From Obrimoposthia wandeli (lineage: Eukaryota), in the NCBI GenBank assembly GCA_977020255.1, contig CDROCS010001071.1, positions 1,984,001 through 2,048,000 on the forward strand: a stretch of DNA of 64,000 nucleotides. The letters run 5' to 3'. The notes under the pieces were generated by a model that did no database searches, had not been told where the DNA came from, and worked only from the letters and a program-made list of their open reading frames with translations. This document shows, one piece after another, positions 42,901 through 56,499 of this stretch. Position 1 is the first letter of the stretch. Each line of letters starts with the position of its first letter. Position numbers and translations under genes: made by a program.

Positions 42901-45900
42901 TAAACGTGATTTGAGGGTCCTTATTCTTCTCAATTGAATTGAAAATATATCCAATGCTTTATTAAAATTTATCCATGCCAAAGTAGTGTCTAACTCCTGT
43001 CGAAATCACGTTTAAAATTATTTTTCTTTTAAACTTGGTAAACTCTAGTTTAAATTCTTCAAAATATTGTTAGGCCATGTTTTTTTTAAATAAATTGAAA
43101 ATTTAACTCAATTAAAATAATTGTTTTAATTTAATCTATTTTGATTTTATGTAACACAATTTCATTACTTGTTATAGTCAGCAGTTTAATCTAAATATTC
43201 TAAGTATAACATTTATGGAATATTTATAATTTATACATTTTATTGAAATAAAATATGAAAAACAATAATATACGTTATAAAGTGAAAATCAGTAATGGCA
43301 TTCAACTGCTGATCGAACTAGTTTTTGTAAAGCTACATGTGATTGAAGTCGCTTTTGTCACAGAAGCCAAAAATTTGCGCCGTTCTCCACTGAAGAAAAC
43401 TGACTTTAAAAACTTAAAGATCGAAAAATAAATATATTTTATTGCTTTATCTACCTTCCAAGAAGCATCGATGGTACTTGTTTAGCCGATTTATCCAATA
43501 AATGATTAAAAATTTATGTCTAATTTTGAGTTCTTTAAAAATTGTTTTTAATGCCCATTTGAACACCACCCTGATTTGCTCTATATTTAAGCTCCTTTGG
43601 CAAACCATAAATATATTTATAAAATCTGTAAAGAAGATAAAGAAAGAAATAATGATAAACTTATTGTATTTGCTCGTGTTTATAAGACTCGAAAGCAGCT
43701 CTCTTTACCATAGTAAAGTTAAATAGTTCTAACTCCATAGATGATTTTGGATTTTCTATCATTTTTTTTAATTATAAACATTTTTTTTATTAATGCTTAA
43801 TTATTCGTTTGAAATTTTACTAACAAAGTAATTAAATTTTGAAACGATAACGGAATTTCATAATTTTTCAGCCAGTATGTATTAAATATTAGTTCTTAAT
43901 ATATGATTCATAAATTTTAAAGATTACAGACTTCAACTATTTGGAGTTAATAACAATTTTAATATGAATAATTTACATTTTACACAACTTCAGCTACCAT
44001 TAAATTTGTTATAAATTTGTCATTCCGAACCGCTCCAGTCAATAACCACCTATATCAATAATCGACAAGAAATCAGCAATAAAAGGACAATATTTCGAAT
44101 TCTATCTCAATTTTGGTAGACTTGTCCTCAGGCTAACCTGCATCTGTTCAACCTTCAATTTTTTCTAATCCCGTTTGGTTTGATTCTGGTTCATCTAAAC
44201 TGTGGGACTGGGCTGGCCAGCTTCTAGCTAATTGCCAGATTTTAAATGTAGTTTGAGTCTAGACTCAGTTTCTTGATTGGGCTGTTTTAATCTAGCTAAA
44301 ATTAAGTATTCGAATACCTAATTACGTTGAAAATAGAATATTTAACTGGCAATGATAAAATATTATAAAATATTGTAGTAACTAAAAAATACGATAAATT
44401 TTGCCTACTTTTTGAACAATTTTATTAAAAAAATGGACTGTTTTTCTCCAAGAAGTATGATTATCGGGTAGTTAATTTTAATATAATACGTTTTGTAATT
44501 CGATTTACCTCAAATACATTGAAAAAGTAATAAGATATGTTAATCTTTCATATTTTTTCAACAGCTTATTTTATCGATTTTGGTTAATTTTTTTGTGGGA
44601 TTATGCAATTTTGGAATTTTTATATTTACTATATATTTATATTATCCTGTTATAGAATAAAGTTATTGTAGTCCAGTATTGTTCATTATATTTATATTTT
44701 TATAATTAATTTTTACTTCAATTTTTCACATCAGTAATAACATAGAGAACCACACACGTTTCTTACCTTTTTCCCTGTTATATTCAATTTTGTATTCGAA
44801 GGCATTGAAATGATTGTTTATTAATCCTATTTTGTATTCAAAACACGGACTTTCTGTTAATAGTGAATATTTATAAGATTTAAAAAATTGACATCACACA
44901 TTCTTCCTGTTATTATTAAAATATATAAAATTCGATATTATCAAAATAAATTTTGTAAAAGCCAAAGTAAAACATTTACTTTTAAATGTTGAATAATTTT
45001 AACTCAATAATTTGAATTTAAAATGAGAATTTATTTACCAAACATAATCATACAATAAAACAATTGAATACTAGTGTTTTTTTACTATACTATTGACTGA
45101 CAATATGTCAGCTTTCTAATTTGGTTCATGTAAAATAGTTCGACTAGACAACATGTGTGCAAATGTGATTTTCTGAAAGTTAACATTGTACTTAAAACTT
45201 CTATTAGTGCTAGAAAGGAAATCATTTACCAAACAAAAAATGGATAAAGAAAATTTTGACAATTAACTTAAAGCAACTACAAAACTGGTAGAATTTCATC
45301 GAATAACAAGAACGCCTGTAGCCCGACTCATAACTTTTCAATAGGATGGTTAAGCACGCGAATTTTTACAATTTTGTTGCTGTTATAACCTAATATTTGT
45401 GGCTTAACGTGGAGTAAATGGACCATAGTACAATAGTAAACCAGCATTGTTATTGAGGTGATCGAAGTATTGGAGAAATTCTCTCTCCAACATTGTTTTG
45501 TCATCATCAATGTATTGGATGCACTTGCGTCAGGTTTCTTCATATCACTTTTCAGACTTGAGGGCTGATGTTGTCCCCATTTATTTTATAGTTTAATCGC
45601 GTATTTTTAACTCCCAGAGTGACAAATGAAGTGACTCGTAGATGGTCTTGTAGAAAAATTACATTCATAAAATATATAAGTACTTTTCCTTACTCGCTTC
45701 GTTTCATTTACTCGGTCTCTTCGCTCCATCGTAAATGAAAATCAGCTTGTAAGCGAATTTTATACTTTTCCATTTTCATGAAAATAGTCATTGTTTCTGA
45801 CAGCTTCTTGACTAAGCTTGAACATTAATTATGTCAGCAGATCATCTGAGTAGTTTTATATTCAGATTTGATTACCAGATTTCAGGCTACACAGTAGTTG

Positions 45901-48254
45901 TGTCATCAATGAGCTGGTCACAGTCATTAAATTGTCTCGAGAAACGATTGATATAGCCAAATACCAATGTATATTTATATATTTATCAATACATTTGCAA
46001 TCATGATCATTTAGATAATTCGTTTTAATATGAGTAATAAGTAAAATAGTATCTTAATAATTGACCAATTTTACGCTCTTTTTTTAAATAGAATATATTA
46101 ATGCTAAAATATTTTTTAAAAATAACTTAATAAATTGAAATTTTGTAATTATAATTAAGTGATACATAAAAAAAAAGAAAGAACACTAATATTTTACCAG
46201 GATGTCTAGAAAGAATTGTTATTTACTTTATCATTTTTTGAAAGAAAAACTGAAAATTTGTTTGGAGAAGGATATAATTTCATCAACTGTTATTTTATTC
46301 CATTCACCAATTATTTTAGCTTTAAGATCGCATTTGATACTAAATCTAATATAATTTTGATCAAAACGTTTATCTAGTAATACCCACACATTCTCGATTG
46401 GATTTAAATTCGATGATCTAATAAATTTATTCTGCGATTTCTAATTCAGGCTTTAGTTGATACAGACGTATGAATTAAAGCAATAACCACAGTTTAAATA
46501 ATCCAGAAACTGTTCATAACGTAAGTTTTGATACTTCGCTGAATTGTTTTTACCATCCATCCATATAAGAGATATTTTTTGCTTATCGCATATTCACCCC
46601 AAATCATGAAAGACCCCACCAGTTTGTCCTCGACTTTTGATCATCGTTTCATTATGTAGATCATGTCAGTAGTTAATTGGTCTAGCTGATCCATTTAAAC
46701 ACTATTCTCTTCTGTCGACCGCATTTTTGACCCTTCCGAAAAAAAGTCTTTAAGCAATGCGTTTTAGTTATTACAAGACGACCTTTTACTTTCTGTGTAT
46801 ATTTAACCGTTTTAGAGCTTGCGTATTTGAATCTCTTGAAATGTCGCACGACATGTCTCATTTCAATTGGTTAGCACTACATAAAGTGTTTTAGCAGCTC
46901 CTTTTAATATTCTTCGGGTTCTTTTATTTATTTTAAACGGTCTACCTTTAAAGTTTTTACCATAATTATAATTTAAACTTAAATCATCAAATATAGAATT
47001 GCATATATTTTTCTTAACAATTTGTAAGACTTGTGTTTTGGATAAGTTATATTATATTTGTAATCTTTATTAAAAAAAATTAAATCACCATATTTAAGGA
47101 TTTTGAGAGGGGTAGTAAACTGACTGAAATTTTACAGACTAGTAATCTTAGCCGATAACACTTTTACCTTAGAATCTTATGTATTCCGACGTAAAAATCA
47201 GGAATCTTGGGTCAGTTAATTACCCGAGTGGGTAGTAAATTTGAGGACCCGGGCTGCATAGAGATCAAATAAACAATTAAATAAAATGACTTTTACTTAA
47301 GAACTATTATCACTATCAAGACGATTAATGTCAAGTTGTATCTTAGTTGTTCTCAGGTAGTCAACCCTAGTTACAAATAAAGCTGTACTGATTTCGATGG
47401 TTTAGGATTATTGAAATACATCACTTATGTGTTTGCGTAATGAATGTGACGGGATTGGTAGTAGGATAACATTATTTTACGTCCCTCCTTTCCCTTGTCT
47501 CACACTTAAGTCAAAGAGTTCGAATGGAATTATTAATATTTTCCCGTGTATTTACTTACATATCGAACAGCGCTCGTTGTACACCCAATCTTGATTGGCT
47601 GGATTTTTGACATGTCGCTATAAAATGTATATGACGTATACTGATATTGTATTACATTTCTTGTGTTTTGGAAAGATCAGTACTGATACGGAGGCTGTAA
47701 TATTTACATATCATTGAATTATCTTCTTTCTTGACTTCTTCTTCTTTATTAACAATTTTAAACAAAGTAAAATATAGATATTTAAACATTTTCTTGTTTC
47801 CCACAGTATTTTAAAAAAAAACGGTTTGTGTGTGGTTTTAAAGAAATTATGCAAAATTATGTTATCGGGATCCCGGAAAGACCAAGTTCCTTAAATACAT
47901 CAGAAGCATCGTACATTCTGCCAAGGGATTTTTGATGATAAAATGTTATAAAACTAAAAATCTAAATAAACGTATCAATTTTAGAGGTAACATAGTTTTT
48001 GAGAAAGTATGTCATAGTAACATTTTGTTACGATTAACGATTGTTAATACGAAAGTTTGTTACGAAAATGAGATAATACAATGCATTTATTGCGCATAAT
48101 ATATGAACCAATATTTTATTCGTGAAAATTTCTAAAGGATCCAGTTATTCATGGCCACATTCTAATTCAGGGTTGCAAGGAGAAATACAAAGAATTCTCT
48201 CAGCACAAACTGGGCGTCATCTCTATGATCATCATTGTGATGAGCATCACAGAG
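21951..48254 (+). CDS. Tetraspanin, spliced: exons 21951-22013, 22054-22329, 25930-26025, 26809-26955, 48171-48254 (all phase 0); last exon uncertain
   Basis: GT-AG junctions join MSKKCFHCIRIAVVVVNFILL|LIGIAIIG...VGCIGAYNES...|...SVQKM|LKCCG..SDY..PFSCC..C|GCKEKY..LGVISMIIIVMSITE. CCG and PxSCC are the large-loop signatures. Confidence 0.85.
22890..23265. repeat. Imperfect fold-back (MITE-like) element in tetraspanin intron 2
   Basis: CATCTGTTTAACAAACA pairs with TGTTTGTTAAACAGATG, and TATACTGCTGC with GCAGCAGTATA; symmetric along its length. Confidence 0.65.
29200..29720 (+). mobile_element. Decayed hAT (Charlie/GTF2IRD2-like) transposase C-terminal fragment
   Basis: YQIELIEL and GITYMYEQLFSLI..IKS..RLTDTHL resemble FGSTYLCEQLFS..K..KS..R.RLTD.HL. 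Confidence 0.55.
38878..41425 (+). mobile_element. Full-length hAT DNA transposon (Buster/Charlie type), 2548 bp
   Basis: Perfect 14-bp TIR CAGGGTTTCTCAAC; perfect 8-bp TSD CTCTAAAA (38870-38877 and 41426-41433); GGGGGCC subterminal repeats. Confidence 0.95.
39500..41250 (+). pseudogene. hAT transposase in four overlapping frameshifted pieces
   Basis: BED-like CIVC...MRPSKLEAHL..KH, LDES, ICTDGAPSM, HCVLHRENL, EIRWLS, PTSVLAEKGFS. Confidence 0.9.
41520..42435. repeat. Tandem arrays inside solo LTR: 59-bp x3 (41551-41710), ~70-bp x4 (41832-42130), 31-bp x3 (42341-42430)
   Basis: Directly visible repeats. Confidence 0.85.
45300..45560 (-). mobile_element. Possible Tc1/IS630-like transposase relic
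   Basis: VLNHPIEKL*V resembles SPDLNPIEKLW; heavily decayed. Confidence 0.3.
46200..47000 (-). mobile_element. Decayed Tc1 transposase
   Basis: SSNLNPIENVWVLLDKR (Tc1 SPDLNPIENVW) and MIWG motif. Confidence 0.65.
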
Positions 48255-48899
48255 GTGAGCTTTTATTTTTCAAGAGAATTAATAGAAGAGGACAACAATT
48301 ATATTTATATACATACAAAATTGAAATTGTAATGTTTTTGATTTATTTTATATTTTTATGGTGGAGAAATAGCATAGTACTGTATATTCCCAAACAAAAC
48401 AACATGTTGTTATATTCAAGTTTTTTCCAAGACGTTCAAAAATGCTAGAGAATTCAAGTACAACACTGTTCCTAATACAAAACGATGGTTTTTTATTTGA
48501 TTAGAACCCTGTTAAATTTTGTTGATACCAGCAGAAGAAGCTTTTTTTAAACAAAGTGAATGTTGATATTTTAATTAGTGCGTATCAACGTTAAGGCGCT
48601 GTACCTTGTAATATTTAATATCAAACAGAACATAAAAATAACGTCTAAGGTTAGAGTTTATTTTAAATTCAAATAAAAAATTTATATTGACCATTCTCTT
48701 ATTTTAAAGATTCAGTTATTGTCTAGATATTGAAATCGACAATGATAGCTCAGCTAGAATTATTGTTTCATTTTCTTCAACCCTGGTTTCTAATTCATGC
48801 AAGGTTCGTAAAACATTATAACGAATTATTTTGTATTTCAGAAATGATAGTCCCATGAAGTCATATCTGAAGATTGTGAAGGCCATGCAATATCTGTCT

Positions 48900-49560
48900 T
48901 TCACAAATGTCTTCAAGGCACAAAAATGTGTCCACTCTACATGTGTAATGTGATGATAATTTTTTTATTGTGCATTCGCAATTTTTCATCAATATCCATG
49001 CTTTGGCTATATACTTTATATAGGAAAAAGGATATGATCAGAAAATACTTTAACTGAACGAGTCTTTTTTTCTCAGTTTCTTTTAGTATCTTTGGTCGTG
49101 GTGCTTTATACAGCTCATTTAAAATTTGTTCCCACAATCAAAAAGCATTTATTCATAGATCTGGGTTACTTGATGGTAATTGAACCAGACCACCCAATTC
49201 AACGAGCGGTTAGATAAATATTCAACGTTTCATGTACTAGTAGAGCCTCATCTTTCTGTTAAAATTTATTTCGATTTCATTGGTGAGTTAGCACAGTAAT
49301 AACATTTGTTAGTAAGATGTCATTGTATTGTTCTGCGTTTACTGTCTCTTCCATGACATGTTATGTGACTCCATGGCCTAACATGTAACCTATGAGTACT
49401 TCAATGTTTTTCATCTATGGTATGCGAGCTTTCTGCTGTAAATGAATCTGGTATTTATAAACTAAACCATTTAATGGGAATGATTCTTCATCACTAAAAT
49501 TGATGTTTCCTATAAAATTAAGATTTACTCAATTCTTTGTAAGTGTCAATTGACAAAAGT
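48900..49560 (-). mobile_element. Decayed Tc1/mariner-superfamily transposase
   Basis: R*IGGLVQLPSSNPDL*INAF*LWEQILNELY resembles RWIGRGG..WPPRSPDLTPLDFFLWG.LK..VY. Confidence 0.55.
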
Positions 49561-52500
49561 TGAAGCGTTTAACATAATGGTCTGTCCGGTCTCACACTGT
49601 GGTAATATTCCATGGATTCATACCTTCTCTATGTTTATCAGATGGAACAGATAAATCAACTGATAGGCTTACTTTACATTGAAATATGTAAGGATCATTT
49701 TTAAAGGCAGCAACAACTTTCTGTGACTTACTGGTAATCATCATTCTATCATGATCTCCCACTGGTTTATGTAGAAGCACTGATAATGTTTCAATTCAAC
49801 AAAGTCTGCGTAGGTGGTTGCTTTGTAAGAGTGTCACTAAACATTCACTTTGCTTTATCACAATAAAGGTTACTTCAAAAAATAACTAGGAGGATTTTTT
49901 CATTAATTAAATTGCGGGTTTCTATACTATATTTCAATTGTGCAAATCAATAAATTAATTATATGATATTGATTTATTAAAACAATTTCTATTAAAAGTC
50001 ACTGGAATATTTATGTTTATATATATATATATATATATGTGTTGGAAACAAAACTGTTTAAAACAAGGTGACAAAAAGTAAATAATGATATTTTTTAAAC
50101 TAACTGGAACCAACTTTGATCAACGAAAAAAATGCACAAAATTTGGTCATTACATGATTTATTCACAAAAGTTGATTTATAATTTCGGTATATTAAAAGG
50201 CTTTTACGATCATGACAGCTTCCTAAATAAAGTGTGGAAAATTTGGTTATATATATATACTATGATTTATTCAAATATTATATTTATAGTTTCTGTAATT
50301 CGGCTTGAAATTGCTTTAGAAAGGTTGTTGACACCTCAGTCACATTTTCTTGATTTTTAATACTGCCTAATTTCAAAAAAAAATTATCATGGATATAATA
50401 TATGCATATATATGTTAAGATACAGTCATTGACTGATCTTGGACTTCTTCTAGTAAGTGAGGAGAATTTTGGCATAAATGACAATGTGACGTTATTTGGG
50501 GAATCTTTCAGATTCACCTGTGAGGCATATATTTGTCCGCTGCTTTCGTCGGCAAAATGACCTTCTCACAAACATACATAATCCAAAAAAATCACAATAT
50601 TTAGCGAATGATGGTAGAGAGCACGGAACTAGATATTACAATATGTTTACATTATATCAATATGATTTAAACCAGATTCGTCTAATCCGGTGAGATTAAG
50701 ACTCTTCGTTCTTTTTTTAATATTTCCTTTCAGAATTTATAGTGGATTTAAAATTATAATTAATTTTTTAAATTAGAAAAAAATGACTACTGTTCATTTG
50801 TACTATTTTCATTAGGACATAAGTTGATAGTTGCGTTAATATTGGTATGAATATGAAATATGAATGAGTTTACTTCCTATAAAATGATAAAGTTATAAAC
50901 GAATACTCATTAGCCCACCACGTAGATGAAAATAGGAATACATATAATAATATTGTCTAATCCGGTGATATTAAACGAAATTATCTGTATAATATTTCTA
51001 CCATCTTCGGTTGTCGTTAATTAGATATTTATTATTATTATAATTTAATAACAATAAAAAGAGACATTAATGATCGTTTATTTCCCAGTTCCTTGGTATG
51101 CTGTTCGCGATATCGATGTGTTTTGCGATCCGATACTCGTTCAACAATGGCTACGAAGCTGTGACTCGCAACATGATCATCTAGAGCCGTAATTTGGTCA
51201 GTGACTCGCACCTTCTCATCAGCAGTAGTCATGCAGTCTCATTCTCATTCTCTCCCTCCCAGATATTCTTTCAGCCAAATAAGTCGACAAGTGAGCCATG
51301 TCCCCAGTGCACCTGCAATAGTCAACTCAATGAGATTCTCTCTTCTGTTCCGTCACACTGTCACCCTAACTCTCTCCACGGAATGTATGCACTCTTTATT
51401 GCCTCCTCAAGTGTACATTTATGGCCGAATCTTCAATTTTTGTGATACACATGTATAGTCAAATTTTAACCTCTCTGATTTATTATAGTGACTCTTGTGT
51501 CGCTTTTCCTGCATCCCCAAAATTCGAATTCTCGGTCCAATTTGTCATAATTGATTATGACTCATCTGTCGCTTCACACAATTCACCGAATTTCACCTAA
51601 AACACAGGCTTTGAAACCGATAAATAGCCCGCAAATTCTATTTCCAGCATCTGACAATTTTATATCTCTAGATTCTCTAGTTTCACAACACCGAAGACAC
51701 ATACGAAAGAAAAAGCTTCCGGACTTTCGGGCATTTGGTAGATTGAACACAAATGAACTTGATTTTCTATTCCACCTTGTCAGAAACGTTTTCAGAAACG
51801 AAGACGCAACCATCCAAGCAATCACATTCGCAGATTCGTTTCGCTAAATTTCATTGTTAATGCAATTTCTGGAGTCATAATTTATTGAAATTATTACAAG
51901 TGTTATTTTAATTTTGTTTTTTATAACAACGTAAAACTCTATCTGGTGTATGTATGTTTGTGTGTCAGTCTGTGTGTATGTGTTGGACCACCTCCACAAG
52001 TGTTGGGTTTGGTGATGAGTGCGCTTCATGTGACAATTGTCATGCTGACCACTGTCTTTGTTTGCTTTTTGCCTGAAATGGTGATGACGATGGTGGAGTG
52101 ATTTTTTGTAATTATGTGTTTTTATTTGTTTGTTTATAATGACAGCAAATTCATTTTTTTGTTTTTTACTTTTTATTTTTGACATACCCGATTTCCATAA
52201 CCCGATTTCTCTTAGAACAAATAAATAGGTTATGTAAATAATATAAAGATACAATTTTTAAACTTTATAATTTATTTCTTTGGCTATGTATTATGTATAC
52301 ATGTTGATTTAATATAACTGTATTTCATTAATTACAAAGAATTGAAGTTGTAACCGTTATTTTGATTTATCAATCATTTTCATTACCTTAACTTGTTAAT
52401 ATATCTTGAAATTTTTGGTTGATCATATACATTTAATGATTAAAAAATAGTATAAGATATTGTTCAAACTCAGAAATTTGTATTTGTTGGTTTATGTAAA

Positions 52501-54882
52501 ATGAAGTCTTTAAGCGTTTGGAATTTAAGAAAAGTTATCAATGTAATGTTTCTGTAAATTTTATAATATTGATTTTAATTTACGGAGCTGTGTTAAGTAA
52601 AATATTTCTGTTTATTCAGACTACATAATTACTTCTAATTGTATACTTTGAAAAATAGATCAGAAAAAATCACGAACTAGAAAGTAATTTGAAAAATAAT
52701 GTGCCTTACACTGATATAAAGTACTGACTTGAAGTTACTTAGATTCCTACATAATGAATTTTCAAATTTAAAAGTGAATCATATAGACAATGTTAAATAT
52801 TATCTTATAAAACAAAAAAACAAAAGTTTTATGGTAATTGTAAAAATCAAATAAATTATGAAAAAGATCTTGTATTAAAAGTTTATGAAAATTGCTTAAT
52901 TTGCATGAGAAATTTAAACAAAAAATTATTATATTCAATAAGCTTTATGATAAAGAATAATGACCATGTGAAGTAAATATTAATCAGCAGTTTTAAATAG
53001 CTATCTTTAATTCTAACACAAGTTCAAAGTTTCATATTTTAGTTTAATAAATTATTACAACAAAAAACGATGTAAAGAGAGAGTAAAATGGAAATAAAAC
53101 ATGAAGATTTATAAAAGTCAACATCAAAGTTACATTTAATTCTGTTTTCAAAAAACGAGGAAAAGGACTGATCCCTCCTTGACATTGAATGTAGACGTCA
53201 TTACTATATTTGACTCCTATTTAAGAATGTAACATAAAATTATTTTCTTTAATACTAAACATAAATTAAACAGTTAAAAATATTTTTATATATTAAACTT
53301 TTTTGTCCTTCAATTCACTGGTGAAACAGTAGCATTAAATTTATTCGTTTTGTCTTCCATCTAACTTCAAGTATTTTACTGCCATCTACTTATTACAAAT
53401 TATAATAAAAAAATTATAAAATAGATAAATTTTTGAAAAGATCGGTTATTTTTATATTTTACCAACGTCGATTCATAAACTACTATTTTTATGCTCAATA
53501 GAGATGTTTCAAAAGAATGAATGTGAAAATTTAATAGAAATTGGCTAGGTCGTTTTGGTCATAAATGGTCAACAAAAAAGAAACAAGTGGTGATTAATAA
53601 ATTATAATTTAACATGAAGTTATCTATAAAATACTAATTTACAAATTCACATACTAATATAAAATTATTGCTTCATAAAGTGCATTCATTGTATATATTT
53701 TAATTAAATTTTATAAGAAACGTTTTACGAGATTAAAAAGAAGCAAAGAATGTATTTTGTATAATCAGAATATAAGTTGTACAAGTTCAATTTTTATTCA
53801 GGAATCGTCAGCTTGGTTTATTAAAAGTGTGCAAAACTACAGGGTGACGAGCAAATTATGTGACAAATGTGTTCATTGAAGATGGATTTGGCTTACACAA
53901 TAGACCATGCCGGAGTCATACCGGTTTTGTGTGTTCTCTCACTGTTAGCAAAGCGCCAATCAGCGTTGACTTGGATATGACGGCATCATGTAGTCATAAC
54001 ACACCAACTTTACACGAATTGCTAAAATTAGAATCGATCTGGTGATTGTTGCTCGGAATTAGTAACTTCGGTTCGGGAATCCAAATAGTCATAATGCTGT
54101 GTCTTTCTTCATCAATTACAATTGCATTGAAGCCGATTATTCATTGTAAAAGTTGTACGTAGTGTGAAATTAATACTAGAACTATTAAATATTAAATGTA
54201 AAATTATTTTAGTTAGCTGTATAAAAGTTATGTTATGCATTAAAATCTTCTTACTTTATTTGAATATTGAAGACTACCTGGAATATATGGGTGGTAATTA
54301 AGCTATATTTATTATGATAAATGTGGCAAATAAAGAAAGCAAAAATCAAATAATTTAAATATTAAGATTAAATCAAAAGATTTGAACAATAAACATTAAA
54401 TAAATTTTAAAGATAATATAACAAAAACAAAATATAAATACCAAAGTAATTATTAACAATGGCTGATCAATCTGGGTTGTAACAAAATAAAAAGGATATA
54501 CAAATGTGATAACAAATAATTAAAACAACAATAATTTAACAACAATGAGGAGGAGAGGAAGATGAGTCTTAATTACAACAGTTAGATAAACAAATGGATT
54601 ATTAAAATGCCAGCTGACAAAGAACAGAAATGTAGCTCTCAGGGTTTGATTAGATAAAACGATAAGGTGAAGGAAATTAAAATATATGAAAATGGTTTAT
54701 TTTCGAAGGGAAAATACGTTACAAATATACATATGAATACTAAAAATTATATGTGTTTAATAGGTAATGAAGCGGGAGATAAAGTTAGAAAAAATTAACT
54801 TAGAGATGAAATAGGAAAATTAATGAATGTATTTCTATGTTGTAGTTAAACAAGAAAAATCTGAAATAATGTATTTTTCTTA

Positions 54883-55812
54883 TTATTTGGTGGCCACAAT
54901 TTGGCGGATCTTTTCGAGTCCGAGTGAAGCCACATTCCATTTTTCTTCTCGTGTGATGTCAACGGCACCTAGTTGACTCAGTTGCTCATCTAAAACGAGT
55001 CGTGGTACGTACCACACGATGCTGGTGACCTTGGTTTGGTGTACGGCAGCGGCGGCCTTGCGCAGACAGTCGGACGATAGGATCTCAAGGTCACCCACAA
55101 AGTCGGAGAAAATGATCGTCATGCCATGCCAGGAGTTGTAGGTGACTTGAACCACGAACGAGCAATCTAGCTCTTTGTCACTGCTACTCTTCCTGGACAC
55201 ACTGACTAGTCAACTGAGACCCTTGGAATGTCTCTTGATAATGAAGAAGAGTTCGTTCACGGCAAGTTCCTCGTGTTGACTCTGGATCGGCTGCAGCAGC
55301 ACATTGAGCACCTCCGTCTCACCGAATACCTCAAACATGGTGACTCCCTCGCATGAGCTGCTGAGGTTCTCGAAGCCGAGCCCGACATAGAGCTTTTCGA
55401 GGCCGCAGATGGAGCTCTGGAAGACGAGCTTGATGAAACTGATGTTGTTGGACACCGTCATCTCATACATGTGGTGCATGAGCTTCTTGCCAAGTCCACG
55501 TCCACGCAGAATTGGGTCCACAAAGAAGTCGTCAATATAGTAGCCATAGCCGTGTCGGCTTGAGTACTCTTCCACGTACAGCAAGTAGCCCACAGCACGA
55601 CTTGTGCCAGTGTCGTTGTCACTGTCTTGTTCCATCAGCAGCAGACATTCAAATGCTTTGGCTCTAAACGCTTCCATCATGTCGACCTCGTTCATCAAGA
55701 AGTACTGGGTCATGCCCTGATGATACTTGACGAGATTGCTCGTGAAATTGAAAATTACACCGATGTCTTCCTCTTTCGCTGTAATAATTTGGTAACTGCT
55801 AGACAGGATCAT
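54883..55812 (-). CDS. Intronless SSAT/diamine-acetyltransferase-like tandem GNAT protein: 200 aa, or 309 aa via in-frame TGA at 55210-55212
   Basis: GNAT motif A YIDDFFVDPILRGRGLGKKLM. The downstream ORF is in the same frame and carries second-domain motifs (YNSWHG, GAVDITREEKW). GC-richer than flanks. Confidence 0.82.
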
Positions 55813-56499
55813 AATTGAGAATGTTTATTGATACTTTTTATACTTTTTATACTTTTGCTTACTTACTGAAGTTTTAAAAAAAATATTATTATGTCAAAAT
55901 CTATTGGTTAAATAATGTTGAAAATGAATAATTAATAATTTACAATTTAGCTTTTTAATAAAGTTATTTTCTTTAATATACTAAAAACAATGTTAACACG
56001 ATCCTTAACAAAAATGCTGAAATAGTTTTTATTGGAGAATTTTCTGAAAATATCTCGGTATTTTTGAATGTTGAAACACTGAAGAAATATGAAACATGTT
56101 TGTGTAGTTAATGGGCATATAAGCTTCAACAGGCGTTTGATAAGAAAGCTAATTTAGCAAATGACTAATTTAAGAACCTTGGAAAATATTCGATGATTTA
56201 TTCAGGCAAAGTTTCTCAAACGAATTGATGTAATTTTCTAGAACTCGTTGTTTGAATGACAATGAAGCAATACATGACTGGTGAAATTAAAATATATCGA
56301 AACAAAATTTGAGAAAGTAGAAGAACTATAACAGGATGGTTTCATTTCGGCCAGTAAATAAGCACTCAGTCTAGATCTAATGACTTTAAGTAAAACTCGA
56401 TGTACACAATGAACACCGTATTTAAAGATTATTCGGTGCTCAACATTTCATAACAAAGGACATCTTGCTAGACAAACTTGGACGATTTTTCAAGCCTTT

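Noticed and set aside
51038-51847. Short ORFs in a locally GC-richer patch
   Set aside because: No consistent frame, splice phase or motif; possibly a decayed gag-like fragment, but unsupported.
55210-55212. In-frame TGA as selenocysteine
   Set aside because: It is not at a catalytic Cys position, GNATs are not known selenoproteins, and I could not recognise a SECIS element.
54883-55812. Bacterial contamination or HGT of the GNAT gene
   Set aside because: There is no operon or Shine-Dalgarno context, and tandem SSAT-like GNATs occur in animals; intronless state and GC alone are insufficient.
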